Origin: Mytilus trossulus
Lineage: Eukaryota
DNA: 64,000 nucleotides
Assembly: GCF_036588685.1 (NCBI RefSeq)
Contig: NC_086379.1
Location: 23,994,001 to 24,058,000 of the forward strand
Direction: 5' to 3'
The translations under genes and the position numbers were made by a program. Shown here one piece after another: positions 24,101 to 38,723 of this stretch. The notes below the pieces were generated by a model. That model had not been told where the DNA came from. It ran no database searches and saw only the letters and a program-made list of their open reading frames with translations. Within the stretch, counting starts at the first letter, position 1; each line of letters opens with the position of its first letter.

Positions 24101-26989
24101 TTGGTCTCAAAGCAAAATGTATAAATTCAGTGTAAGCTGACCTAATTTTCTAGGGACAACATCTAAAGACCAATGTGCATGATAAATCAAAAAAGTAATT
24201 CACATAGTTAAGTCTGTGGCTTCTGATTTTTCTTTTTAACTCATGATCAAGTTCATAACAAAATTACTGGATTACACAAAGGAATACAACATTAACAGAT
24301 ACAGAAGGGCGATCAATGAACAAAAGACAAATAAATAAGAAACATTGATCCCGAAAAATCAGGCCTACGTCTGAGGGAAAACAGAACTTGCTTCTTGCAA
24401 GGCACTCGCCGTGAACGCAATTTTTTTTTTGAAATTTCCTACATGAGGCATTTGCCTCATGAAATGTTATTACGGCCCTGTCAACGGTTTCCAGAGACAA
24501 TATACCTCAAGTTAAGTGAAACCAGTTTTTAGACTTTTCAAGTATATCTAAATAAACTATACTTTCATTGTTGAAAAAATTGGGAAGTTTTTCCCGATTT
24601 TTTTTGGAAATAAGATGAGTTTATGAAGAATCTGGTGCCATCTCAATTCTTTCGATTGGACCTGCTGAGTAATTTATTTTCGAAACATTGCAAGTCAGGT
24701 AATTTATTTTCAAACTACCACAGAACAAACCATTTATTTTTCTGATTATCAAGGCTGAGTTATTTATTTGCAAAAAAAAAGTGCAACAAAAAAATAACGA
24801 CAATGCAACACACACAGAAACGAACTATAAGATGACAATTGCCATTGTCCTGACTTTGTTCAGGACATTTCAAGATTTTTTTTTAGATTGTTCTAAAACA
24901 AAATACAATGTCAAGGTCACCATTCTCTTATATTCGAATAACATGAATTAAATAAGCCTGTATAGCAACATGTTAAAATCAAATCTGTGTCACGTAGAAA
25001 ATTCAATTAGTACTTAATTTTTATCATCATCTAGACACAAAAAAGGTAGGGTAAGTTGCTTTACTTCTCAGTTTTAATTAATGAAGAAGGACCAGATCTA
25101 TGATTATGATCATGACAATTGATTAAGATGGTGTTATTCTTTTGAAAAATTTAGCAGGACAAACATAATATTCAACACTTTTCAGTGATTGGATATGGCA
25201 TAAATGTGTAGGCAAATAAAACAAAACGAAATTATGTTGTTGAGGATTAAAGATTTCGACACATTTGATCATGATGAAACAGTCAAATGAAAATTAAATG
25301 TCTATGTAACAAAAAGATAACTAAGATTAATAAATGATTTGCAGAAACTAATCTCAAGGTGATTTACTTTACGAGTCGTTCGGGATTAAAAGTGGTATAA
25401 TAGTGTAGCTAATTATGGGTTTTATATATTTAATCATACACAATAACAATAATTATACTAGTACTTTATCAGAAACAAAACCCCTTATTTTATAGAATAT
25501 ACAATTTTACAGTTATTAAAAAACATTTACAATATTACTACATCAAGCGAAAACAGCTTTTATACCTTGATTGGGTAATATTCACCTGTCTATGTAAACA
25601 CCTACCATTATAATTAAAAAGGATACTTAAATATACAAAATTGTCACATTTTTTGTTGTTTAAAAGAACAATTTTCTTGCTTTTTACACTACCTTTATTT
25701 CTTAATAAAAGCAACAGCAGTATACCACTGTTCGAAAGTCACAAATCGAGTGAGAGAAAACAAATCAGTGGTTACAAACTATAACTGAGGGAAACACATC
25801 AAATATAAGAGGAAAACAACGAAACAACAGAAATACTAAAGTGCAACAAAAAACCTAACGACAATGCAACACACACAGAAACGAACTATAAGATCACAAT
25901 TGCCATTGACCTGACTTGTACAGGACATTTCAAGAAAAAAATGGTAGATTGAACCTGGTTTTGTGGCTATCCAAACCTTCCGCTTTCAATGCAATGTTCA
26001 ATATAACACTAAAATGACAACGTGCCATGACAGAACTACAATACCAAGAAATGAGAAATACACGAATTAACAATACAATAGAACATTAAGAAATGCTATA
26101 ACAGTTATCAAAGGTACATCACGCGTGCTTTGTCTACACAATACTTACTATTGCACTCATGTTAAAATAGTAAAGAAAGCTAAACAAAGATAAAACAAAA
26201 AAACATTGATGACCCAAAATTCCCCAAAAAATTGCCAAATACGACTAAGGTTATCTGCCAGAGATAAGTATATCTTAGTATTTAGAATAATTCATACTTT
26301 TAAGTTTATAAAAATGCACATATACAATAATATAATTGATGTACATGTCAACACAGAATAAAACAAAATAAAAACGGACATGTTAACATCATAGTTTACG
26401 ACTAATTTTATAAATTATACTAGACATATAAAAAGTTTAGTTTCAACCATATTTCTCTGACAAATGTTTGAGGAATAGTAAACAGCATTCAACTTATTTT
26501 GAATATTGTCTATGTTAACGTTTTCGTTAAAAAACAAAACCCAGTGCTGTTTGCGTACATAAGTAATCTATATTTAAAGATTTCATTCGTATTACTGACA
26601 GATATTACTAATAAGCTCTATTTTCATATCATTAACCTACAACCGTAATTATAATGGAGATAAAGATTCCCCTTGCATCAAGCAAGTATAACATTAAAAC
26701 GAAAATCAGAATGTTTGCTATTACACTATATACAAGTTTTCATATTTGAATACGTAGATTTAATTATAATTAAACGTTCACCAGCAACACAAAATCTAAA
26801 AGAGGGTAAACAAATACCAGAGGGTCATTCAAACTCATAGATCGAAAATAAACTGACAACGACATGGCTTAAAAAGAACAAGACAAACAGACAATTGATA
26901 GTACACAAGACTAAAAAAAAAACTTACGAATAAGGAACATGAACCCAACTAAAAACTGGTTTTTTTTCTATATATTCAAAACAACTACT

Positions 26990-27300
26990 TAACATGAAAA
27001 ACACTATCAAAGGCTTCTATATAACCGATATAACAGCAGTATAAGCTTTTACCCTTTATTAATATATCATAAATCAAAGAATGACGACATTTTATGGCAT
27101 CAGAAGTATCATATTCCAACTGTGCATCTACATGTCTCAGAGTGTTGTAAATCTTGCACCATGCTATAAGTCTTGTATTAATCAAGGACGTACATAGTTT
27201 TCTATGATGTGATATCAGCAAAATGTATGTTTTGTTTCCAGTATCGTCTGAATTTCCTTTCTGAAAGATTGAAACTTAAAAACATTTCACCCATATTACA
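26990..27300 (-). mobile_element. Decayed non-LTR retrotransposon RT fragment
   Basis: SIFQKGNS..LISHHRKLCTSLINTRL..TSDAI..HSLI..KGKSLYCCYIGYIEAFDSV resembles LINE RT motifs PIFKKG / GKLFTSILNxRL / LYCCFIDYxKAFDSV. Confidence 0.75.
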
Positions 27301-30300
27301 GGAAAATTTCTTGAACAAAAAACGTTATTGAAAAGTTTACAAAAGAACAGGTTTCAATAAAGTTTTGACAAAAAGAATATAAACGTTCATCATATCATCA
27401 CAATCAGTGAATTTATTTATTTTATTTCATTTGTTGATGCACCAATCAAGTTGTTTCCATAGTATGAGTCATTCCAACATTACCTCGGGAGTTCTGACAT
27501 TAGTTTTATTTTAAATATTCCAATGAAGTGTTCTTTGTAAGTCTATTCTATAAAAAAAATCTCATAGACACGGTTTGGATTTTTTAATGACGAGGGCATA
27601 TCCTCGTTGATTCTTAAATTCAAGTTTTAAAGATTATTTAGTCTTTTTTTTTGTATGTTGAGTAGCAACTTTTTTTGATATCATCTTATAATCCATCATT
27701 CCAGTTTAATACATTTAACTTAGTTTCATTACAATGGCATTGGCCGTAAGTTTAATTATTGCTACTAGAGGTCGGTCATTTAAAGACATATCAGCTGTAT
27801 CATAAACGTTGGCGTATACGCATCTGCAGATATACATACATAAAGAACAGTATATGATGCCGGGCTTAAGTTTATTCATACTTTAAATCATGCAGATGGG
27901 CAACTGAATAATTTCTAATTATAATATTGTTGATAGCTGACTTATTTGTTGGAAAAAAATTCCATGAATCTGTATGCTTCAATTTCATATAATTTAAATG
28001 TGGTTATCGACATTTTTGTACATGGGAAGAAGGATATGAAAAGCATGCACTAACGATGTGTTCAAATGTACACGTATAACACATATCACATTGTCAGGAA
28101 AAAATGCATATTGTGGATGCTGATGACCTGTAGAAACTCAACACACGAAATTCGAAAACTGCTTTTCTTCTTATTTGAATAACAAAATTTTACTAAAATG
28201 TTCTGTCAATTTGTTCTCTTAACATTTGCCAACACCTCACTTGAACTCATCAGTTACTCATTCTACAGCGGTCGTATTAATAATGTAAGAGAGGATCAGA
28301 CCTTTAAATATATTTTTCTCCAACAGTCAATGACCAAACGACCAGGCAAAAATACAGTCGAAGGATCAAAACCAAAAATGAAATGAATTCCAAGTACAAA
28401 CATACAGATGTCAATGAGTTATATGAGATGTAGCATTGAAAGATTGCTTACGAACCATAAACCCTGATCTCATTATCATACAACTGATAAGGTTTTTTGA
28501 CATGAGAAACAGAAAAATCGATGCACTTTTAGATAACGAGGAAAACTATACCATGTATTAAAATCAGCTCTACTTCTGTGTACACTTTCCGTATTTTGTT
28601 TACCAACAAGAAAAGTAAAAAACGAATTTAAATAGCAATAAATTGTTTACTGTCTTCTTGAACTGTCATCCCATATATCTGCTGGCAGTCACCTGTAAAC
28701 TTCAGAAGATAGAATGGTTTGTCCAGCGGCAAAAAGACTTTATTTGCATTAGAACCATCATTTCTGAAAGTATATAGTATAACTGCAATGTTTGACCTTC
28801 ATTTTTTATCTTTTGCGAACTAAAGGTGAATGGAGGTAAAGTGAACTGCCCAAAGTAATGATCGATTCATTTGATTTCAAGTAATTTGATTAAGAGCCAT
28901 TCTCTGTTAGCATCAAAATTTCTGATATAGGGTGGGAAAGTCAGGACCTCAAATTTCAATGAAACTTGGTAGGTAATACTCATATGTCACCCTTGTTTGA
29001 AATTTGGTATAATATTGATACACAGAGTTGCGGTTGCCATGGTTACCATACATCATCAAATAAGGCTTCTTACAGAGTCTTTCAATCAGTGAAATTACCA
29101 TTTTCTTTGCATATAAAACATAAAGCAAACTGTTCTGAGGTCATATTCTTTATTTGTCATCATGAAGACAATGAACTAAGCATATAATATCAGTATATAA
29201 CATAATAAAAAAAACCTTGATTTTGACTTTTTGGGGATTTTTCAAAAATTGGATTTTTTACCAATTTTAATAAGAGACTGTGAAAAATGCACCGACAGAT
29301 GTTCTTAAAATAATGCATATATAATGTTTAAAGCATAAAGTCCAAAATATCAAAAAATTGGAGTAGTGTTATTTCTCAAAAAAAAAAAATTCGTTGCCAT
29401 GGCAGTGATTTAAATATCTAAAAAAAAAAAAAAAAAAAAAATTTGCAAATTTTAAGTTAAAAATGAAGAAAATTTAGTTCAATTGGATCTGATTATCAAT
29501 TTAACTCTATTTGAAAAGATAAATGTCAATTTAAGATTGTGGCTACCATAGTAACCATTTATATGACTCTAAGCAAAAAAAACTTTGAAATAATATACTA
29601 CAGAGTTGCACTGGTGCTAAAACACTATGCAAATAAAACACAATTCAATGTCTGTCTATGATTGGAAATATCATAGGAAATCCAAATCTCACTATTAGCT
29701 TATAAAAGCAAGAACAAAATGTTGTCAACCGTCCACAGATGCTCGTATGCTCCATGCACACTATCATTTTCTATGTTTAGTTGACTGTGAAATTGGGAAA
29801 AAAAATCTAATTTGGCATTTAGACATATTAAATTAGAAAGATCATATCTTAGGGAACATGTGTACTAAGTTTCAAGTTGATTGGAGTTCAATTTCATCAA
29901 AAACTACCTTGACCAAAATCTTTTACCAAAAACTTATAACGGAAACTCTTACCATCATTGTCTATGTTCAATGGACCGTGAGTTTGATGTTTCATTTGGT
30001 ATTTTTATTGGAAAAACAAATTGTTTTATAGCAATTTCACTTTAAGCTATTTAAATTTGTCATTTTGAAGCCTTTTGTAGCTGATAATGCAGTATGGGCT
30101 TTGCTCATTGTTAAAGACTCTACAGTGACCTTTAGTGTCGTTTATAGGATTTGTATCATTGACAATCATACCATATTATAAGTGCATAAAATATTTGTAG
30201 TTTTTTACATAAAGTTGGTAAAAGAAATTTAATTAAGTTCATCTGCAGTTAGTTCTCTCCTGATAGTTATAGTTTCTTCCCTTGATGCATCAACAGAATC

Positions 30301-33257
30301 ATCAAATGATTTGTTCTTCCTGCTCATTCTAGAAAAGAAACTTGTGATTTGTTGTACCGAAAGGATTTCGTCATATGAAAATCTTCTATTTCCATCTTCT
30401 TTTCTCTCAGTCAGCATTTCCTCTGATACCAAAAAAGGATCTTCCTTTCTGCAAGTTTTTAGACCTTTGTTAAACTTTTCAGTGAGATATTCTTTTTGGT
30501 TCACATTAAACCTTTTGTTCTTCCTTTCTTCTTTTAATGCCCAGCCAAGTTCTAAATCAGAGTTGTCATTAATTCCAACTGTCAGCCCTGCTGATGAAAC
30601 TTGAAAGTTGGTTGAAAAAGACTTAGATATCTTTGTAATGTAAGTCTTCTTAGTAATGTTATATCCATTACTAAACTGGCACCTGAATTCAAACTCACAC
30701 TTGCCGAACATTAAGTGGCTTGACAGGTCATGAAAAGATGAAAAAGACAGTGTGCATCCTTCATTTGCACATGTTATGGTGTTTTCTTCCTTTTCAGCTT
30801 TAAGCATGTTAAGTGGCAGTTGGCGAAAATCAACATCAATTTCTCCCTCTATCTCTGGACATGAGGTATTTAAAATACACTTTTCAACACTTGGAATATC
30901 AGATGAAGGTATTAGCTTTCCTAAAATGTAGAAAATAAAATTAAATAACTTATAATTTGAGAATACTGTTTAAACAATAATTGATTAATTGATTGATTGT
31001 TGCTGTTTTACACTCAGTGAAAATGAACTGGCTATATATTGTAGCTATTGACATGAAAAGTATGTTTGAAATGAATATAACTGAACTTTGAGTCTAGTGC
31101 TGGATATACATAATCCTTGGCTGCCACATCTAGTATGTGTCTATATAGTGTTAGTTGTTTTTGCTTTGTTGTGATCAATCTGACAAGTTAGAACTGTGTT
31201 TATAGTTTGTTCCGATGTTGTACTGTTATTCCACTGTCCCATGTTAGGGAGTAAATTAAATAGTGCCAAAAAAAACTTATTTGAATCTTAAACCTGCTTA
31301 CCTACATGAAGGAAACGGTTTGCAGGAAGTCATAAATAATTTTTGGACACTATATTCTGACTTGGAGCAAACTAAAAAATTTGTGACAAATTTTTCAACA
31401 TAATCGCAAAAAATAATACTTGAATCACATATATCAAGTTATGGTCTATTGACTGCTTACAGATATCAATAGAAAATCAGTGTTTGGAGATCTTAATCAT
31501 GATTAGGAATTATAAAAAGAAAGGATAAGAAAATAGAAAATTAACAAGCATTCTAAGAGTACTGCAAAGACTCTGATGGGCATTGCTCATCATTGAAGGC
31601 CATATAGTGACCTATAACTGTTAATTTATGTGTCATTTGGTCTCTTTATGGATAGTTGTGTCATTGGCTATCATACCACATTTTCTATTTTCATATTCAT
31701 GTTGCGGGGAATTATAAAAATAATATTTATCTTTTTACCTGTGCCAACTTGGTATGCCTTCCATGCAGTAATGCCATGTGCGCTAAATGTGAAGTTACTA
31801 TAGGTTGATATTGCAGGTATAGCAGTGTACTTAGTTTTCCTACACTCAGTTCCTTCTATGACACGAACTATGTACTTCACATTTTTTGCTGACTTGTCTA
31901 TTGCCTGTAAATAAAGTGAAATTATTGTAAATGCTTATAAGAAGAAAAATAACTAGAGTAGATTAGAACTGTTGGCTTTTTTGGTTGTAAACCTTTATTA
32001 AAATTATAAAAACCTGAAATCATAATAGATATAAAAACATAACAAAAAAGAGCTTACAATGAAGTATCTGGGGTTTTTTTCATTGTTTAAGGCCTTGCAG
32101 TGACCTATAATTGATAAATTCTATGTCATATGGTTTCCAGTGGAGATTGTTATCAGGCACAATTATACTAATCCTTGTTTTTATATTTATATAGAGTAAA
32201 AAAGTAACTTTAGCTGTCCTATAACTGGGTCTAATTCCTTCAGTTATTATATCCAAATTAGTTTTGTTGTTGCTCACTGGTTTCCACATGATTTTAATCT
32301 TTTTAAAGCTGCACTCATGCTATTCTAGATCATTTATAATAAACCTTGTTAATTGTTTTGCTTGGCACTGACATTGTTAGACTAATATATTATTGTGTGC
32401 ATTTGTTATTGCAATTTTTGAAGAATTAATGAAATTGTGAGATATATTACTGCCATATTTGGAAAAAGGTGCATACATATTTATGTTTAAAATATCAGAA
32501 TGAGAGTTCTTATTATTTCTATAATCAAGCAGTCTAACAATTCGAATTAATGACCATTAATAAAAACCTTGCAATAATTTCTGAATTTCAAAGTACATTT
32601 ACAGCTGTAACCTAGGGATGTTGAAGACATGAAACTGATTGGGTTTTAAAAAATATCTGTACCTTTTTCATTGATTGTGCTGTAAGTACATCATGACCCT
32701 GGTTTACATATCTTCTAATAGAAGATTTGATGGTTGCAGCAGTGCGGTCAAATGGTCCCTTCCCATTCTGGGATTCACAGAAGTCAAATGACAGGGTAAG
32801 ACCTGAATGGAATAAGAATGAAAGCATCTCTGTTGACTTGTAACAACCAGCATTGTCAGACCATACATGAAACTTTATGTCATTGGTGTTAATTTCTATA
32901 ATTTTATCCATTACATCTTGGATAATACTGGCTGTTACTTGGCTGTCCTGTTAAAAGAATGTAAACAAAATAAATCACAACTTTTAAACTGCTTTATAAA
33001 ATATCCATTTCCTAAGCATAATTGATCAACTACAACTAAAATTAGAGCACAGATACTAAATTGTTTTCAGAAGAAAGTGTCATATCAAGTATATGGATAG
33101 GTATTCAAACACAATTTTGTTTAGGGTAGTCATACATGTCATACATGTACATACACTATTTGATTAATGATACCAAAGGTTAACCCCAAGATGTTCATTT
33201 GTTTGTCTCTTATTCTTAGTGTATAAAAATGCATTATGAAAATGGATAATACATATC

Positions 33258-33412
33258 CAGAGGCGGATTTAGGGGGGGGGGGGCCGGGCCCCCCCTTTTT
33301 GGGAAAAAAATTGGTTGTTTATATAGGGAATCACTGAAGTGTGACTGAAGTGGGCCCCCTCTTAGGTCAGTCAGTGGACCCCCACTTATGAAAATTCCTG
33401 GATCCGCCACTG
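33258..33412. mobile_element. MITE with CAG(A/T)GGCGGAT TIRs and 5-bp TSD ATATC
   Basis: atatc|CAGAGGCGGATTTAG ... CTGGATCCGCCACTG|atatc, inside a Sola3 intron. Confidence 0.85.
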
Positions 33413-36400
33413 ATATCTCACAGCTACATCAGTGTACAGACCACATTTAATCTCACCAATGGCACAATTTAATTTATTAGCCAATGTCTTTACCTTATTT
33501 TCTTTATGTGATATTCTTACTCATTGTCATGGTATGGTTCCTCTTACACATTTTAAAAATATTTTACAAGTTGTCTGCTAGGCCTATTACACCATCTTCA
33601 ACTTGCTTTATTGTGGGCCATTCATATTTATTATAATTTAAACTATGTTATATGTTGAGATGTTGTCTCGTGTACGTTTACCCTCTATTCTTTCTTTGTT
33701 ATAGATGAATTTTGCAAGCAGGTTCCTACTTGCCCTACCATATATTGTTCAATATGTTATCTTTACAGTAAAAAACATTTATTTGTACATAAAAATTATA
33801 GCTTATTCATATAAAAAAATCTAACCTGGGATATTTGGGTTGCAAACAAATGAACAAACCCAAGGCTACCAATGCTTCCATCATCTTTCCTACAGAATGC
33901 TATAGATATGTGCCATGGTATTCCTCTCTTTCCGAACCAATCACATTGATCTTCACGAAACTTTCGGGGTAAAAACTTCATAGCCCAGTCACATACCAGT
34001 AAAACTTCACCTGAAGGCATGGTTTCAAAAAGATGAGTTTTTGCTAGGTCTTGGTTTTTGCATCTTATTATGTGCTTTTTCAGGCTGAAAATACTCTTTG
34101 TTGCTTGTTGTACCTAAAAATGAAGATCAATTCATAAAACATATTTTTATTAAGTTTTATTCTAAATTTAGGTATGACCTGCTAGGTAATATTTTGTTCT
34201 GATCTCTGATGTCAGTTTTCTAAAATGTATGCTTTTTCATTGGTCTTTTCTTAGGGGAATAATTAAAGCAGGGTAAATTTAAATATAAATTACAGACTTT
34301 CCTGTTGCAACTCAATTAGCCTAGTGACGATTCATTCACACTTAAAAATAGAATACTCTCTGATAAAACATATCCTGAATTAGTTAATTCTTTTTATTTA
34401 ATTCATAAGTTAATACAAATATAATCAAATATTAAACAGTTGCTCTTTCCTTCTAGTCCAGTACATATATTGTGTAATGGAAATTTTATGCAGAATGATA
34501 GCCAGCAAAATACCGGTAGGAAGATTGGTCATCAAGTAACAAATCGGAAAAAGATAGTATTGTATTTGGGAAACATATATATGGAGGAAATATTCAAAGA
34601 AACTAATAAGCTTGATTACATCCCATAGCAAGCTGAATTAACAGCAAGCAACAATAATAGATAAGGGTAATTAATTTCCTTGAACAATCATATGTAAATG
34701 TAATCAAACTTTTTTACATTTATAAGTGGTCATATAAATAATATAATAAGTTACCCTGAAATTGAGGTCATTCATCTCATCCTCTTTTCCATCTAATAAA
34801 GAAGTCACAAAGATCTTTTGTAATGCAGCAATGGTCTCTTTCAATTGTTCACAGCTTTCACAGACCATCTGGTGATTGTGAGAACATTGTTCTGTAAATG
34901 CCTCATCCTTTTCGTCACTGAGGGCATACAACATACAGTGATCTGCTACTTCTCTTCCCTTTGAAATATGAATCTGAAAATATTATAAATTAATGTGAAG
35001 GTATATAAAATAACATATGAACTACACTTGTTTCAATTTCATTGGCCTAATACTAGTGATTTGCAAATACATTTAAACTGGATCTCAAATATGCCATCGA
35101 TGCTGGAAATACAATGTAGCATACATATGAGTTGCTTTTTTATTATTTCTAGGCAAGACAAAAATCAAGGGATTATTTAATCTAAATGAAGTTTATGTAA
35201 TGGATGGATGCAAATCTTCATTAAAAAATTTATAATATTTTGGCACCCCAACGATTTTGAAACTGAAGAAATTCAAAAACCTAAAAACTAATGGCAATTT
35301 CTAATTTACCACATAAAATGGACTTAATTATCCTTTAAAAGTGTCCAAATTTAGTCTAACAAACCTTATAGTCAGTCCTTAAATACTGCTTTGATTGTAA
35401 GAACAGTGCCTGGAAACTTTTGTGGTCATCTGGTGATATAGCGTCGTAGGTCAGCAATTTGTCTAAGACATCTTGAAAGGTAATGAAGGCACGTCCTCCT
35501 TCTGCTACAAAATAGTCCAGTCCTTCAAGGCTTTTTCTGACTTTAGCACCACACTGGGCAAGTATTTTTAACATGGAACTGTCACCTATTTTATAAAAGT
35601 AACATTTAGTTTAGATTGATTGATTATTGTTTAAATGTCCAAGTAGCACAATTAGATTTGATCCATTTTATAATTCATTCATACCTTTTTTTCAATATTC
35701 AATATTATTAGTCAATATGTATTATACAAGGATAACCAATCCTTCATCTTTCATCTGATACTTTTTAAATATATTCTACACATAAATTTAAAATCATGTT
35801 ACCTATGCAAAGAAACTAATTGGTTTTAAATATGTGTTTCTTTCAAGTATGTGTTTTTTTCAACCGGTGCTAATTCAGGTGGTGTTGCATTTGACAAAGT
35901 CTATCAAAATTATTTTTGCATAGATTTCTAGCCAAGAAAGTGCTATTAGTCATCTTAAACCTGCTCCTTGTTGAAGGTGTCATTGTGACTTTGAGATGAA
36001 GAACAAATATTAAAATGCACTGTTCGTATGCTTTTTGTTTTTGTGTGTGTTTTTTTTTTAGATTTTGTGTCATGGTTAGACACCCCATATGATATCCTTT
36101 AATTTGTGTATTTTTCTATACATATATCTTTATTTTGCCTTACCTAAAAGTGAAATTTCATTTTCCTGACAGTATGCTTTGTACTGCTGTATTATGTCTG
36201 CTGAACCCATGCAACGTACAACGTTAGGTAAATTGTGGACTGTTCCATCTGAAAACTTCAGTTTTTTTCCCCCAAAAGGTAGATCACGGACAACATGACT
36301 GGATGTAATGAAATCTAAGAATGCGTCTAATCTTTCAGGATCTAATTTTGGTCGATGCAATTTTTTCTCAGGAATTGGAAGTGCTGGCCCAATTTTCTTT

Positions 36401-37107
36401 GAATGACTGAGAGCAGCATAGTAGGGATGAGATGTGACTTCTGGTAGTATGGTAGTAGAGACAGTAAGTCCTTGAAGGACATTCTTGAGGCAAGAACTGA
36501 AAGAACTTGTCTACCTTGTTGCCAGGATTCTGCTTTTCTGTATGAAGTGACAATATCTTTGTACTCTGTATGACTAGTTCTGTTTTCTTCATTTAACTGC
36601 TTGGGACATTTTATGTCATCAATTACTTCATCAACATCATTTGGAAATAATATTCCTATTATTAATTTCATAATCTCATCAAATCTTTCTTGGTAGGTAT
36701 TTCTTGTTTTAAATGTGTAGGACTGCCATGTTTTTCGTTCTTTTTCTTGAGAATTCCTGCAATCTGACTGATGACAGGAAATCATTCAAAGATGTCAAGA
36801 AGCTGCAACGTTCATAACTTCTGACTGATTGCTGCAAAGAAGTATAAAACTGATTACAATTAAATAAAGGAGGAATGGGCCAAAGGGTCATAGATGATTC
36901 CCCTGCTTGCATGTAACATTTTAAGGGACACAACTTGGTAAATAGTTGTCTTATTCACAACTTTACAACATTTCCTTTTTTTCATACATAAGCTTTTGTC
37001 AATGGAAACTCAATGAGAAATATACAAATCTATTTCAGATAATTGTAGTGGCAATAATATATTTTATCTTGCCTCCTATAGATTTATTGGGATATGATTG
37101 GTTAATG

Positions 37108-37598
37108 AACAAGTGAAACTGCAAGCTACTGCTCACTGATGATACCCCCGCCGCAAGTGGATAATATAAATAGTGTAAAAATATGCAAGTGTTCAGTAAA
37201 CAGGAAGCTGTCGAGTCATGAATCTGAAAACGCATCACATGGTATAGCTGACTTATATAAATCCTAAAATCAAATTTCAGAAATCCTTGTATTGTAGTTT
37301 CTGAGAAAAGTGTGACGAAAATTTTAAACTTGGCTATCATGTGTAAAATCATACAAGTGTTCGGTAAACAGGAAGTTGTCAAGTGATCAATCTGAAAACG
37401 CATCACACGGAATAGCTGACTTAGATAAACCCTGAAACCAAATTTCAGAAATCCTTGTATTGTAGTTCCTGAGAAAATTGCGACGAAAAATATTCATTGG
37501 ACGGACTGACGGACGGACTGACGGACAGAGGTAAAACAGTATACCCCCCCCCCTTTTTTAAAGCGGGGGTATAACCCTTTTTTAAAGCGGGGGTATAA
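37108..37598 (+). mobile_element. Helentron-associated non-autonomous element (HINE/pearl-like)
   Basis: Subterminal inverted repeat ATACCCCCGC / GCGGGGGTAT, two ~168-bp internal tandem repeats (37186, 37354), GGAC microsatellite and a duplicated 3' hairpin. Confidence 0.8.
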
Positions 37599-38556
37599 TT
37601 ACACATGGTGACTATATATATTTGATATAGATTGTCCTTAAAAATACATGGTTAGTTACCGCATAGGGTTAGCAACCATATAGGTTTAGTAAGTAGTTAC
37701 TTCCCTTTTAAATCAAAAATGAAATCAGAATGGCTTTTACAGACAAATACATTTTGTAAACTGAAAATGAACAATTGAAATATTCATAAAACAAATTTAA
37801 ATTCCTAATAACTGTACAAATTGAGGTGCGATCCCAAAAACTGGTAGTAAAACGTTATAATTCTAAAGTACCAGGAAGAAGTCCTTCGTCTCTCATCAAA
37901 GAACTTTACATTAATATTCATTGTTTTTTAAATTTGCTGTTGTCCTAAAAATGCATGAAATATTTGCCACAGGACGTATTGTCACTTGTTGAGTGATGTT
38001 TGAAGTTGTTAATATCTGTGTCATTTTGGTCTCTTGTGGACAGTTGTCTCATTGGCAATCATACCACATCTTCTTTTTTTTATATTATGATTTCAAAAGC
38101 TTTAAAAAAATCAAAAATGTTGAAAAAAAAATTAAAACACCTCTGCATGAAGCTAGTCCTGCATTATCCTCATACATGTTTAATATTATTATATAGTAAA
38201 GTATCACAGCAGTCTATTAGTACATGTACAAAATGATTTTCTAAGTAAAAGATTATTATAACTGTACTAAAGTTTTTATTTTCACTCTAAATATGCATCA
38301 AATACTTGCCACTAGACATTATGCAGGCAGCGGGAAAGAATTATGTTTATGTTCATAATCAATCTTGCATAAACAAAAACAACTGAACATTCATATGCAA
38401 CAACTTTTGTAACGCTCATTTTGATTGGATAACGTCATTTATTTACATGGCATCAATTGAAAATTGATGCTATGGGACGTTCGCGCAAGCGCAGATGGCA
38501 TATTACAAATTTTAAATACATGTTTTAACGTTGATTTCTGACAGTTTCATTAGAAT

Positions 38557-38723
38557 GGAGATAACAATATTGTATTTTAAGCTCTGACGGCATCAATTTG
38601 GGATTTGATGGTCGCAAATACCCATTTACTGTTTCCGCTAACGCATCGCCAGTAAACTTAATTTACGACCATCAAATCCCCAATTGATGCCGTCGGAGCT
38701 TAAAATACAATACAGTTATCTCC
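38557..38723. repeat. Long near-perfect inverted repeat (hairpin element)
   Basis: GGAGATAACAATATTGTATTTTAAGCTCTGACGGCATCAATT... pairs with ...AATTGATGCCGTCGGAGCTTAAAATACAATACAGTTATCTCC; ~75-bp arms and a short loop. Confidence 0.9.

Larger units (their letters stand above)
11951..26300. repeat. Segmental duplication, copy 1 (pairs with 42211-~53000)
   Basis: Homology starts sharply at ATCACATTTAATATTTTG (11951/42211), is collinear to ~22000/51030 and patchy to ~26300/53000. The right boundary is approximate. Confidence 0.9.

Noticed and set aside
30229-36933. Separate small genes in the ORF track
   Set aside because: They are exons of one spliced Sola3 transposase or intronic noise.
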